A stretch of DNA of 62,000 nucleotides from contig NW_019091406.1 of assembly GCF_001949145.1 (NCBI RefSeq), positions 372,001-434,000 of the forward strand. Direction: 5' to 3'. Below the pieces are notes generated by a model. It saw only the letters and a program-made list of their open reading frames with translations. It had not been told where the DNA came from and did not search any database. This document shows positions 1 to 13,020 of the stretch, one piece after another. A program made the position numbers and the translations under genes. Within the stretch, counting starts at the first letter, position 1; each line of letters starts with the position of its first letter. The stretch is from Acanthaster planci. Its lineage: Eukaryota.

Positions 1-213
1 NNNNNNNNNNNNNNNNNNNNNNNNNNNNNNNNNNNNNNNNNNNNNNNNNNNNNNNNNNNNNNNNNNNNNNNNNNNNNNNNNNNNNNNNNNNNNNNNNNNN
101 NTGCACCCTTTTACCCATCCACTGCTGTTTCTCATTCATTGCTTTTCAAACATTCCCCACTGCCCGGCCCATCAAACACCATACATTGATCATGTCGATC
201 CATCCCTTCAGAC

Positions 214-587
214 CAGGGTTGGCTGATTTGAATCACCTTGATTTAAATCACCAATTTAAATCACAATTTAAATCAAATGAATTTTTAAAAAATTGCTAAT
301 TTAAATCAACATATTGAATGGGGGGGGGAAAAGGCAAAAATGTTTCAATTTTTAAATCTTATTCTTGGTAATTTTTGCAGGTTTTCCACATTTTAAACAG
401 CAAATTTTTAAAAAAATTAATACGGTACATTTACACATACAGTGTACAGCTTATTTGGTTACTTTTAAGTAGCTATGTGTATTTGAGCCAAGTTGTCTCA
501 GATTATTATAAAAGAATTTAAAAACCTGATTTATACTTGTATAAAAAATTGGATTAAAAAAAAAAATTAAAAAGTTCGCCAACCCTG
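214..587. mobile_element. Non-autonomous hAT-type MITE
   Basis: TIRs CAGGGTTGGC (214-223) and GCCAACCCTG (578-587); perfect 8-bp TSD CTTCAGAC at 206-213 and 588-595; AT-rich non-coding interior. Confidence 0.85.
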
Positions 588-881
588 CTTCAGACCAATG
601 TGTACATGTATCCAACATTGCCCAACTTGTGTACATTGCCTGCTTTGTACATGCCAGTTCTAAGGGCGTTTTTATCCTACCCACTCACCAGTCTGTCAGC
701 AACACCCTAACCATCCATCACTGTTTCACCCATGCACTAGCATTCCAGCATCTCTCTCTTCCATTATCATCCCACTTATCAACCACTGCACCACCCGTCC
801 ACCAGGGCCCAAGCATCACTGTTCTCATCTGATGTTTTCTCACCCATCCCCTAGTATCCTAGCATAACTCTGCGCATCCAC

Positions 882-1240
882 AATTCGTCGGGTACCCGGA
901 AGGTCGTAAGCACTTACGACATTTTGCTGGGAAGCATAATAGATGCAAAAAAAATTTCCAGCAAAAGGACGTATGTGTGCAACTCTTTTATTTTAATGAA
1001 ATGTAAAGATTTCTTTGCAAATAGTTACCAAAAATTTCCGAAGTCGTTTGGTAAGTTGTTCAAAGGTTGCTTTTTGTACAGCACGTGTTGATTTTATAGT
1101 AAATTTTGTCTGTTTTTACTAAATTAAGAGAGTGTGTTTCTAATGCGCTTTTACCGGGAACATTTTTTCTACTGTGACCATGCTTCAGGGCAAAAGAGCG
1201 TAAGCGCGCTTACGACCTTTCGCCAGGCACACGACGAATT
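882..1240. mobile_element. MITE-like element with imperfect TIRs
   Basis: AATTCGTCG...AAGGTCGTAAG at the left end mirrors CTTACGACCTT...CGACGAATT at the right end. Confidence 0.6.
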
Positions 1241-1600
1241 ATTATCAGTGTCCCAGTATCCCTCTGCTCATTCATTATGATCCCACCCATTCACCTGTCC
1301 CACCTCCCACTCACCTACATTCATGATTGATCCAGCCCATTCACCTCTGCCCACCCATTCACGGCCGCAGAAATAAGACTTTTCTGCAGTGTCAAAGTGA
1401 CAATTCTGGCCAAATCTTGTTGGGGCCCCCACCCCTGGTCCCCCCTCTCAATGTTGGGTCTCAGTGCGCAGTCGGCACTCCAGCTCCAGATGACGATATT
1501 GACGGGGCAGTTGGGGGACCTGGAAAGGATATGGCCATCGACACGTTCCCCAACAATGTGGCCAGGATTGTAGTTACAGGTATTTTCTATGTTCCAACAG

Positions 1601-1685
1601 GAACTTGGCGATGTCGAGAACTGGGCAAAAAGCATCGAAGTCGACATGCTCACGATATCGAGCGCCTTGGAGTATGCGCTGAAAG
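1601..1685 (+). CDS. BLOC1S1: BLOC-1 subunit 1 (GCN5L1), penultimate coding exon; upstream exons not found in window
   Basis: ttccaacAG|...|GTttgt; translates ELGDVENWAKSIEVDMLTISSALEYALK, matching the BLOC1S1 C-terminal motif EIGDVENWARSIELDMRTIATALEY; different frame from the listed 1327-1803 ORF. Confidence 0.88.
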
Positions 1686-1795
1686 GTTTGTTGTCATCTA
1701 TTGCTCTGTAACATTATCTTGTATCTTCAACCTTGTCTTATCGTCAACCGTGGGTTTGATTGTCCTTGATTTTCCTCCATTTGTTCATTTTTCAG

Positions 1796-1803
1796 ACACG
1801 TGA
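1796..1803 (+). CDS. BLOC1S1: BLOC1S1 putative terminal coding exon (D-T-stop)
   Basis: Long pyrimidine tract ending tttttcAG at 1795; phase 1 compatible with the previous exon (G|AC ACG TGA). Confidence 0.55.
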
Positions 1804-4052
1804 GGATAAAAGGTGCGACAGTACACGTCGTCTGTTGCTTGTATAGAGGTCAAACCTTTGGTACTATAAATAATGCTACGGATTACATTATCATTCCTAG
1901 ACTTAGTTCACTAAGCCATCTGAGCAGCAGAAAGTGGTAATAGATTGAACTTGTTCAATTATTTCTGCATACTTTATGTAACTTTGAATTCTCCACAGTA
2001 AAGATTCTCATCACAATAGCTTGCCTCTTCTGTGTTTTGATGTGGAAGGTATAAACCTGTATTGCAGACACTTTTGTATCAAATTCACTCATTAATTAAC
2101 AGGTCGTGAGTTTGCCGCGATTTGCATAAAGGCAGGTCCATACTTCGGCCAGTTGCAAAACCACCAATAAATTTGACCTCGCGAAATATTTGCAGTGAAA
2201 TTTGCATTACCAGTGGAAGACTTTGAGACACTTGGTGGCCCGACCATACTGGCCATTTTTACCAGCACCGAGCGTGCGCGCAGTTCCGAGCACACACAAG
2301 ACCGTGAAAAAAAGACCAGTATGTCTGATGCCACCAGCGTCTCAAAGTCTCCGGTTTGAATTTGCTCAACTCCTAGGAATTTACAGCAGTAACATTTTAA
2401 ATTATGTCACAATTTCACATTCGTGTTTATGTCAAGTTGGAAAGCTACCATTGCAGGCCAAATCACTAACCTGAGATGAACAACCACAGAGAGTTGCGCG
2501 TCGTAATTCATTTGAATAACTTGTGACTTTCAGCCTGGACACCTTGTGATTACCTCATGCTGAACCTAGTAGGTCAAATGTCATTGTGAAAATGTAATAC
2601 ATTCGCCTTGTGGAAAAGGAAAGGTCATTGATTGGACAGCTTCCAAATAAAGACTACCCATCGCAAAAACCAATTTCTGAGGTTATTGGTGGAAGGGGGG
2701 GAATATTAATCCTTTAATAATTATTTTTTGTTTATGTTCATGTATAGAACCTGCCATTGGATGGAAAGAAATTTTTTAATGTCTCTTGAAGGTAATCCTT
2801 GCAGACATATCTTGGTTACATACCGGTGTAAGCTTGTGTTAAATCTGTATTGATAATTGATATCTGACTGTACAACTCTCTGCTGAATTTTTGCGTATGC
2901 TACACTTCAATCATTTGATGAGATTTCTTTTGTTGTGAAGTGGGATTGTAAATTGGAGTGCAATAAATATTGGGACGTTACAGATGTGAACAGCGTGAAT
3001 CTCCGAGTTTTTGGTTTTTGTTCGTGCGCAGCTTTGTTTTGCGTGACCTTTCAATACGAGTTGCCATTTTGGCTGAATTTTCTTTGCTTTCTCTGCATTT
3101 TTTTGTACGTTGGGTACGATCAAATGATTAGCACTATCACACGATCCCACTGCGCCGTCAGTTGATCCTGTGTGAAATCTCTGACTTCACTTTTTTTCAA
3201 AACAATCTTGCACAACTTTAACAGAGAGAAAAGGCAATTGGCAGAAGGCGGAATGATTACGCAAATATTGTAGTAAGATCGACAGATTACATGAAGATTG
3301 AATAATCGCACACGTCAAGCCATCATGCTCAACATCTACAGTTCATGACAGATGGCAAAGTTGGTATCCCCCATCCAGACTTTTTTTTAAAAAAAGGGAG
3401 GGGGTCATCTGGCATTTTCAACGAGTGGGTTCCTCTAACTGGAACATACGTACACATACGTCAACACAAAACTGGGGGAGGGTGCACTGGGAAAGCCACC
3501 CTCGGGACCTGCTGACCACGTCCCAAATATTATCATTTTTGATGAACATCTGTCAATTGATAAAAGATGGAATGCGGAGATTGTGGGGCCTCAGGGCTAC
3601 AAAGCGACAACAATAACATGAGTGACCACTCATTCTACATGTACTTTCCGACAACAGACAATGGATTCTTTGAATAATGCCAGTAAGAGATGAAACTGAC
3701 GGAGAGATTTCGTTGATAACCACAAAGTTCTAATGTAAGGATAAACACTGTACAAATATTGTCTTTCCTGTCGGTACATGTATTTTGGAGGCGCAGATTA
3801 CACATTAGTTTTAAGAGTTTGCTCCGCAAATGCACCCAAATCACTTGCGATCACTAAACTCACTATCCCATTTCTATACAAGTCCACGGAGCACAGGTGC
3901 ACTCAAGCCCACCGTTGCATCTGGTGTTTGATTTGACAAGGAGTTGGCATGTTCACGTGTGCAGAATTTGCAGTATGTTCCGTCTATTTGCTTTCATTTT
4001 GTCCCAATAAGAAAAGTGTTGTGAAATGATCGAGCAAGGATATGACCAGTGT

Positions 4053-4536
4053 CTAGACCCCAAACTCGGCGATGAGTTTCTCGAGTTCTTCCTCTACTTC
4101 CGCCCGTCTGGCCAGTTTCTCCAGCTGGTCCTTGCTGGGCGATGCCAACTCGCCCGAGTCAATCTTGGCCTGCAGCTCCTCCATCTGACGCAGCTTCTTG
4201 CGTAACGTCTTGGCCCGCTTGTCTGGAGGAGCCGAGGGCGCCCTCCCAGTCCTTTGTGTGGCCGCGTCCGTGTCACCCGCAGTGAGCGCTGGTGAGAGGC
4301 TCACGTCTGCCAGTTTTTGGCTGATGTCGTCCGGTGGTTCATGGACGGAGCGTCCGCTGTCGTCAGCAGCCCGCTCTTGCTTCTTCTGCTTCCGTTTCTC
4401 CTTCTTTTTGGCCGACTTGGACATGCTCCTGGTCTCCGGTTCTGGTTTAGCTTCTGGCGGTGGATCGGGGTCATGGTGCATCCCGGGGGGCATCGTTGGC
4501 CGGCTGTTCAACCATTTTCTCCCTCTGCTCTCAAAC
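4053..4536 (-). CDS. PYM1: Partner of Y14 and Mago, exon 3 (terminal)
   Basis: Acceptor tcAG; (V)FESRGRKWLNSRPTMPPG...SKSAKKKEKRKQKKQ...KRAKTLRKKLRQMEELQAKIDSGELASPSKDQLEKLARR...; TAG stop; typical PYM C-terminal region. Confidence 0.92.
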
Positions 4537-4859
4537 CTGACAGACGAAAGTTATAAGGGTCAACTTTATTTATATATGTGGCCTCCCACTTTCACTTAAA
4601 GGAAGAAAGGTGGAAGAAGCTGGCCACATAACGGGTAATTACAAAGTACTAACACACAAACCACAACCGGAGCTCAAGGTTCTGCATTGTCATGAGCCCG
4701 AGCTGCACCAAGAGTGCAATTTTCCTAGCGATGCAGGCTCCTTTGGAAGGAACTGGACTTTGCTGGTTCATAAAGAACTATGAAATACATGCGTTACAGT
4801 CACGTCACTGCCAACAAAAGGGAGGGGGGGAGTATGAGTGAGCTTTTGCATAAACTTAC

Positions 4860-4953
4860 ACTGGTACTTCTTCCTGGGGGACATAGCCCTCTTTGACACG
4901 CCTCGCCTTACGCCATGTCCCGTCAGGCCTCTGTGAAGCTGGTATGTATGTAC
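4860..4953 (-). CDS. PYM1: Partner of Y14 and Mago, exon 2 (Mago-binding domain)
   Basis: cAG|...|GTaag; (G)[30 protein letters not shown], the hallmark PYM motif [21 protein letters not shown]. Confidence 0.95.
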
Positions 4954-5837
4954 CTGCCACAGTAAACCGCACATCAGAGTTACTCAGTATGTGCCTCACC
5001 CAATATTACACAAAGTATACTGTACAAATCCCAAATACCGCAATGAAATTATGTTTTGATTTCTGATTTGAATCCATAGTTCATCCATCTTCAAGCCTGT
5101 TTGTGTCACACAGACTTGGATCTCATTCAGTGATCCCAAAGCTGGTTTGCGCTATCCATTACGCAGGTTCTGGTGTCAGTGAACCAACGTCGGAGCACTG
5201 ATCGCAATCCAGACTTGCCTGAAACAAATAGGCCCTTTGTTGTTTCGATTTTTCTCTTTATTTTTCCCCCCACTAATTCAGGTCCCTCCCCCCCCAAAAT
5301 CCCTTGACGAATCCTTTTGTTGTTTTTGAGTCCTACAACAAATTTCAAGATATTTCACGGTTTTTGTGATTCGTGGCACTGAGGAATTTTTTACAGCGAT
5401 ATCAAGTTCAAAACTGATCTGGGTCCAAACTCCATCTTGTATGTGCGCCTACCACCACAAAAAAAATAAAGCGTAGAACCAGACAAAGCTTTGCTGTGGT
5501 TATTTCCCAAAACACTTGCAAGTTCAGTTGCTGTGCCAGTCACAGTGCAAAATTAAAACATATCAGGAGGGCAATATCCACTGCCGTTTCAAGAAAAAAT
5601 ATTCCAAAACTTTGGAAATATTTTTTAGGCTACGACTCATTTTTTTTTTTTACTACAGTAAACTGGCAGCCCTCCACTGCAATATTCAATGGAGAGAAAC
5701 AAATTGACATCGGGATGCAACATTCGGAAAGAATTCCATGTTCGGACACCACGCATCTTTTCAACGATGTTAAATTTGACTTTTTAGGTGATTTTCTTGC
5801 TTTCAGATACTCCCAGACCCGTGAAGCACTACTTTAA

Positions 5838-6272
5838 GTGGATCTGTAATGCTATGGGATTTTGAATGTGGCCCAGTAATGACTGCCCTTTCTCAATCAA
5901 ATCTTCCACCCAAAAAGCTGTCAATTGAGGTATTGCATAATTGGATCAGTTGCAGTCCCTATTATATACGTTCCGAGGACTGGGATGAGAAGGGAACCAG
6001 TCTTTTGTGTAATAAACCACCAGTCCTGACAGTTTGCAGATCGGTTTGTGAAGAGAGGCAGGATTGTAAGTAAAAAGGTCTGGAATTTGGCAATAATAGC
6101 TAGTTACACGCTCCAAAAATCATCACACATGCATTTTGAAGCTATATGATTTAGTTTTGATGGCTTTTGGGGGGAAGACTTGATTGAGAAAATGCATTTT
6201 CAAGAAGAAACGGACACACAATGGAGGGTCATTACTGGGCTGCATTCAAAGCCCCATAGCGTTACGAACCCA
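5838..6272. mobile_element. TTAA-flanked MITE (Kolobok-like, tentative)
   Basis: About 50-bp imperfect TIRs (GTAATGCTATGGGATTTTGAATGTGGCCCAGTAATGAC vs GTCATTACTGGGCTGCATTCAAAGCCCCATAGCGTTAC); TTAA on both flanks. Confidence 0.6.
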
Positions 6273-6311
6273 TTAAAAGTAAGGAACTGCAACGCACGTC
6301 CTTCCTCCACG

Positions 6312-6467
6312 CATAAGCCATATTGCTGATATTGCATGAGTGATTTGCACAATGGTAGAAATGCACTGTGGGAAGGAAAAGGGCAACGTTTGCTCCTTTG
6401 TCCTTTCCACAATGCCTTTCTATCATTGTGCAAAATCACTCATGCAGTATAAGCAATAAGGCTTATG
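6312..6467. repeat. Long near-perfect inverted repeat (hairpin) in PYM1 intron 1
   Basis: CATAAGCCATATTGC...TGCATGAGTGATTTGCACAATGGTAGAAATGCACTGTGGGAAGGA pairs with TCCTTTCCACAATGCCTTTCTATCATTGTGCAAAATCACTCATGCA...GCAATAAGGCTTATG. Confidence 0.85.
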
Positions 6468-7259
6468 GCACAGGGATATGTACGGAGTAGCGCCTCACAG
6501 TTGAGTTTTGGGAGTAGCTTGCAGATATGGCTCACAGGTGCAGGCTACCGCAGGCTACCCCCAGCACTGTGGTTTCCGACGTTCGCCCCGCTCCCATGAA
6601 CGTTTGTGGGAGCGGACGGACCCCACAGTTCTGGGGGTAAGTGACGTCCACATCATATGGAATTCTTCCCTAACATCGTATGCAAATTCTGCATCATGAC
6701 ATGGGCCCTACGTGCAAGTTGTTGTTGGCTTTCGATTCAAGGAAAAATTTAACTTTAGGGTGTACGTCTCTAGGCCCTAGACTACTAATTCAAGTGAGAA
6801 TTTCTGGCCAGCTCATTACCATTAAAACTAAAAGTGCCCCCACCATGCCCACAGTATCTTTTGAAAAAGGAAATTTTTTGGCCCCCGAAAAGGGTGAGAT
6901 TGTGAGAATCATTGCCAGGATCAACTCACTGCATGCCCTGGGTCTTTGAGCTCTCATATGAGAGCAGAATGGCTGAAAAATACAGTTGAAAAATGGTCCA
7001 AAGTAAGATTAGAAGGTAGCTACTTGAAAAATGGCCGACTTCTGAAAAATCACTTTTTTGGGGGGGTGATTTTCTTTTGCGGGAACAATGAAAAATGTAA
7101 TTGGTTAACCCACAAAATATTGAAAAGAAATTGAAAGATTAGGGACTAGACAATAATTAAATTTGTTTCAGAAATCTCAGGGATGTTGGTATGCATGTTA
7201 TGGGCCCTGAACAGTGCTGATTTTACACAGTTTTCAATGGACTCATGAATTTAGTCTGT

Positions 7260-7499
7260 ACCAAAGATTGCAGAGCGTCGTGTAGCGGCGCAAGATGGAG
7301 AACTTCACCGTGATGCGCCTGCGCAGTGCACACGATTAATGCACAGGCGCGGGCGACGCGGCAGGCACATACACCTGGTGCACCTGCGCCTTGCCGTACA
7401 TCGAGCAGGCGTATCGCTTGCTCAAATGGCGCCTGTGGTAATTACACCTTTAGGGCAGAGTTATCCATCTTGCGCCTTCAGCGCTACACGATCTTTGGT
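7260..7499. mobile_element. GC-rich MITE-like element
   Basis: ACCAAAGAT..CGTGTAGCGGCGCAAGATGGAGAACT mirrored by AGTTATCCATCTTGCGCC..AGCGCTACACGATCTTTGGT; possibly nested in a larger element 6756-7546 (TAGGGTGTACGT/ACATACACCCTA). Confidence 0.6.
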
Positions 7500-7693
7500 C
7501 TGTACCCTTCACGGTAAAGTTTCCATACGATTTTACATACACCCTAGGGGGTTAGGGTTAATGCAATCATGGAGGAAGGAAAACAGAAATAATGGTTGCA
7601 GATAAATTGGCAAAACTGCCGAAAAACTAGCAACAACCTTCACAACTCTTCCGGTTTATTATTCCTACACTATTCTATGTACGTGTACCTTAC

Positions 7694-7730
7694 CAGTTTC
7701 GTCTGTAATTGTATGTACAGAAGAAGCCAT
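7694..7730 (-). CDS. PYM1: Partner of Y14 and Mago, exon 1; full CDS complement(join(4053..4536,4860..4953,7694..7730)), 204 aa
   Basis: aagATGG Kozak-like start, MASSVHTITDET(G), donor G|GTAAG, phase 1 matches exon 2. Confidence 0.85.
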
Positions 7731-10103
7731 CTTCAACCTTGTAATTAAGACAAAAAATCACAGTCAAGTGATCACTAGTACCTATAGGCCTGATACAGTG
7801 ATCCAGTGACTGGTGACAGTCTAGTCAAAGCAGCGGCGCTATTTAGTCTAAGATTGTGTTGCACGGCGCTTTACAATCTTTGGTGACGGTGTGTACAACT
7901 ATCTTTGGTGGCGCTATTCAGAACTATGCATAGAGTTGGATATAATGAATCCAACTCTATGGAACTATGCAGTTACTCTGAAAATAGACTGGTATTTTGT
8001 CCTACTTAATGCTTAAATAGTTTGTAATGTGCTTTAAATAAGACAGATTTGAGAACAGTTTGTGAAAGAAATGATTAGAGCTAGAGGACATCCTTTTATG
8101 AATAGTCAAGTAAATACTTACTCGAGAAAAATAAGCTAAATGACACATTCTTAATTCATTTTGGAACCTTTGAAGGATCTAGTTCCAGTCTCAAGTCAAT
8201 CATCAGATTGTAGACGTCTGGGTAGAAACAGCTTTTCGTATTAGAATTATGGACGAAGTAGTCTGCGTCTGTGATTATTTTATATTACGACACCGGCATT
8301 TATGGGCATAGATGTACATGTACACTGTACGTCTACGTCTAGAAATATAGGCCTACCTCTGTCGCTAGCGCTGTCACTTTGGTTTGTCGTTAACCTCCGT
8401 ACCATGTGTACTTTCTAGGACGTTTTGTGCGAAACTCTTGTAGTACAGGTCACCACTTGCATCATAAAGAAAAGTAAGGCATATAGATATTTTTCAGGTA
8501 GTTTGACTGTTATGATTGTGACTGTCCACGTCCATGCACTGACTGTGTGTGCATGTTGACTTGTGGGACTCCGGACTGGGTATGGGGTATCTGATCCGAA
8601 TCCCGTGCATGCTGAGGACAGGTCCGACATGTCTAAGAAGTCGGTTGCTAGTACTAACTAGTTCTACACTCCGTGTGCAGGCATAGGCTAGGCACATAAC
8701 TCACGTGTTGTTCCAAGCTCGAGCTTATGATTAGTAATTAAAACTATGCGTATAGTATCCAAATCATGATTCGTTTAAACCTACCTAGGTTATACATGTC
8801 CAGTAATATGTGTCAGTCCATGCAAAATAATGGCACCAGTTTACTATATTGCATGTTGCATAATATTTCTGCGTGAACAGAAAAACCAACTTGTACACGT
8901 ATATTTTGTTACATTTACAAAGGGTTGTGTAGAACTAAAATTTACTTAGGCTTGAAAAATTTCAGATCCTTATCTTAAAAAAAAACCAAAATTATCCAGT
9001 GGCAACAGTGGTAGTAGGCCTAGGACATGTAGGATAGGTTCCTCTATAGACCCCCAGCAAATGACGTCGCGTTTAGAGGGCGTTTCTTTCTTCCTATAAG
9101 ATATAGGCTCGACTTTGATCGAGTTAAAACCTTTCGTGCATTCATTGTCATTGAATAAATATCTAAATGGGGATTGAAAATTTGGGGACCCTGTTCCATG
9201 ATCATAATAGATTGGAGAGCTACATTTTAACTAATGAATTCTCCTTGGTTAATGACCGTGACATCATCAATAACTGTGTGGTTGATGTGAAAAGAGGACA
9301 GAGTGTGAGTTTTGAAGGAAATTATGATGGGACACTGTGTTTCAACACATGACACATGATGGATTAAAATTGCTGGGCTAGTTTATCAATAAGAAAGTCA
9401 CATTTTCTCACATTTTATTTTTTTATTATTATTATATTATTATTTTATTATTATTTTATTTGAAATTTCCCAAAATGGGGTCAGTGCAATGAAGAGAGTG
9501 TTGCTTTTGTTTTCGGGGGGACTTGCCAGTTTTGCAAGATTAATTAACAACCCTCCTTTTGCTGTTACCGTCAAAAACAGTCAAAAATTCCTTCTCCTTG
9601 ATTTCCCCCAGTACGCAGACACATATGGGAAATTTGACTGGTTTTGACTGGTAGGACGACTGTGCCAAGAATGTGTCTTTGCATAGGAGGGTTTTATAAT
9701 GACAAAAACTGAGGGGTCCCCAAGCACAGAGGAAGGACATGATGCCCCAAGTAACATGCCATGTGGGAGGGCGTCCCATACCAGCATACAGGCCCTGCAT
9801 TGTTACATTATAAAGATAAGGGGGATTGTGAATTCGGGGACACTGTCCACCCCACGATAAGATTGCTCGCTCATTTTCCCAAATTAGGAAAGAGTTCCAT
9901 TTACAGACACTACTTAAAAGTACGTGCATTAACCCTTTGAGATGACTCTGAAAAGAATGTTTTCTAAGTAGCCTAAACGACTCGGTATTTTCCCTCGGAA
10001 ATTAAACTTTTCTGGACATGTTTTGATTTCTGATGGCTGCATGTAAGTGTAAGCAGTAATCACTGGCATCCGTATACATGGCATATGGAACTCTTCCCAA
10101 AAT

Positions 10104-10391
10104 GGGGAGTCAGGTTGGCGCAGTGGTTCTTTCTTCACCTTCCACTTCTGTGGTCCGGGTTCGAATCCCAGCCCGATCCACACGTAGATTAGGTTTTCAG
10201 TCCCTACCTGATTCCGTGGGTTTTACCCAGAATATCCCTCTTGGGTTTTCCTCCCGCCTCTAAAACTGTAACTAGACCTATTTCTCATTGTTTCCTCTCC
10301 ACAGGTTTCTTCAGGCTAGCGAGCTACAGTGCCTAGGGCACTTTTGAGGAGTCCTTAATGTCATTATCAGAAATGATTAATAATAATAATT
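10104..10391 (+). mobile_element. tRNA-derived SINE (family A)
   Basis: A-box-like TGGCGCAGTGG, B-box GGTTCGAATCC, (AAT)n tail; homologous copy at 18282-18534. Confidence 0.75.
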
Positions 10392-11960
10392 ATCCTGTCC
10401 TTGCTGTTGTTTGACTCGGAAAGAGTTCCATGTACATGTGCCACAGACATGATAGAGCAAGGCTGTACGGACATCTCTTGACCATGCTGACACCCTGTGC
10501 CCATTCCTTCTTACCCTTCTGACATAATATGTTAGGCTTGTGGGCTTAGTCTGAAAAATTCAAAGTATTTTCTGAGTAAATGATTTGGGAAGAGTTCCAT
10601 TTACACATATAGACAACACCAATTTTTCCTTAAAATGTTATAACAGCCATCAGAAAGGGATATCCTTAGTCTCAAACAACGAAATGTAGCAAAGAAAATT
10701 CCAAAGCATTTACTTGTACATGTACTGAGAAAACGCTTATTTTTTTCGGACAAGTCTCAGGTTTGTGCACAGAGGCATCAAGTGTTGTTCGTATAACTTT
10801 GGAACTCTTTCCAATGATTCAGTATTTTCATTGCTAAATTTGACTTTTGGGGCTATGTTATCACTTTCTGATGGATTATAAGCCATTGCAAGGGCGAATA
10901 GAACAAGATGGGAGTATTTGCACTGCGTCACCTTACACTTATTAATCTGGCAAGGAATAACTTTGAAAGAATTTTTACCTCCAGCCTAAATGCAACATTC
11001 TTCTTTATACTGTACATGTACCTAAATTGGTGTTTGCAGAAGGAATGTACATGTACATGTACTGGTTCATGTATGTAAATATGCAGGTAGCACAAATTTC
11101 ATTCTCTTGGTAAACCCACTCTTTTTTATGTCTGAAGCAATCTGTAAAAATGTCTCCTTTCTGAGCTCTAATTCCCCAAGAGTTATGACCATCTCATGTA
11201 AGGCCTGAACTGTGTTATTCATAATTAATCATGTTAATGTTAGAAATTCTAAACATCCCTTAAAAATCTCTTCAAGTTGTATGAGAAATGCGACAAATTT
11301 GAGATACTGATGCAGACGTACCAGTAATTATTCGCTACTGATTACTCCGAAGGGTAAAAGAACCTGTACAGTTGGTACATATGGAGATTGTTTGCGCTCT
11401 TTTTACATGCACACAAGCTGTTTTTCAATGCAGAATTCCTTATTTGACTTTGAAAAAAACTGGGCACTTTCACACTTAAAATGTATCTTTTGGGGATGTC
11501 CTGAAACTTAGAGAAGTCCCTTTATTCAGGGACAAACTCAGTCCCCTGAGAGAGAGAATGTCTCCACCATCCTACTATTGCCCTGGGAGTCCTTTTAATG
11601 CCATAATTGGATTTAGTAGAAGAAAAAACACTCGGCTACCACTAAAAACAATTCAACTAGGATTACAAGCAGGAGTTTACAGTGGAACATACGTAAAGGG
11701 TGGGGAAAAGATCGCCTCGGAACAATTTCTCTGTATACTGGTACATATCAATCCTGTACGTGCAGTGAATTGAGTTACATGTACATGTACATCGTTTAAA
11801 GTTCATAAAAATGACTTGCATTGTTACTACATGTAACTTACATAATGGAAAATATGGGGGGGGGGAATCGGTTATAAATTGTGGATTGTTTGGATCCAAG
11901 CCCATTCGGAAAAAGTTCCCTTTTAATTACACATTCTCTCTCTTTTAGGGGACTGGTTAT

Positions 11961-12756
11961 AGCCAGTTTCACACTTGTTAGGCTTTACCTGTGTAATTTA
12001 TTCACTTGGGTATTTGTTCCTACCCAGGTATAAACTTACCTGGAGAATTGCTGTCACACTTCCAAACTTCACCCGGGTATTTAGTGTACCCACTTTTGTG
12101 CAAACCTGGGTAATTTGTAACCGTGTTCACAATTCAATCAGGGCAACCCGGAGATAATAATAATAATAACAAATAATATGTACACTGTCCAGCCAACGTG
12201 CATGTGCATGCAATTCAAGTACGGACACGTACCCGTGACATGTCATGCATGCAGCATGAGGTCACAACTGGTGCCTTGCAAATAGTAATGGTGTTCGTAT
12301 TACAAAAAGACAAGTTATTAGTCAATTAGACTGGTGTCCTCCATAGGAAATACATGTATAAATACGACGAGATACCAGCCACAGTTGACATCGGCAGCAC
12401 CAGGCCTGAGGCCGTGGAGCTGAGGACAGCACTGGTTGCGCATGCGCCGTCCTATCTTTTCGATGAGAAAACCTGCATTGAAGGAAACCCGGCGAGTGTT
12501 CATACTACCGAAGGTAACCCGGAGAATTGTCTCAAGGCCACCATTAACCCCGAGATTGGTGGGTTAACCCACCTCGCGAGTAGGGTTAAAATATACCCGG
12601 TATAAGTGGGGTATTACTGTCGAGGCAGTTAACCCGGAGAATTTCTAACCCTGAGAAGGGCAGTGTGAACACTCTGAATTACCCAGGTATTCTCAGGAGT
12701 ATTTTTTTCAATAACCCCAAGAATACCTGGGTAGAAGCGTAGTGTGAAACCAGTAT
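11961..12756. mobile_element. Non-autonomous DNA transposon (PIF/Harbinger-like, tentative)
   Basis: Termini GCCAGTTTCACACT and AGTGTGAAACCAG with TA-rich flanks; many internal ACC(C/T)GGGT-like subterminal repeats. Confidence 0.55.
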
Positions 12757-12829
12757 ATGCCTCCAAATGAAGGGACAAGTTTCTCTGAATTGAAGGACAG
12801 TCTCTCTGTTTCTGAGTTCTGATGTGCAC

Positions 12830-13020
12830 CAGTGTTGTAGTTGAGACCACTTAAGACCTTCACAAGACCAGCACAAGACCTCCAGTCTGAATGCAAGTCA
12901 CAAGCTATTTAAATGAACTGCAACAAAAGCATTCCTTTGTCAGTGTTCACACTGTTACTTGTGACTGGTCTTGTGACTGGTCTTGTGACTGGTCTTGTGA
13001 CAGTCCCAACTACAACACTG
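12830..13020. mobile_element. hAT-type MITE
   Basis: TIRs CAGTGTTGTAGTTG and CAACTACAACACTG; perfect 8-bp TSD ATGTGCAC (12822-12829, 13021-13028); internal (TTGTGACTGGTC)x3; related copies at 25799-25964 and about 59809-59985. Confidence 0.85.

Noticed and set aside
1327..1803. 158-aa plus-strand ORF from the track
   Set aside because: The recognisable BLOC1S1 peptide is in another frame. The 1371-1579 part has no recognisable homology and would need a 21-nt intron.
4198..4599. Plus-strand ORFs overlapping PYM1 exon 3
   Set aside because: Antisense shadows of the PYM1 CDS
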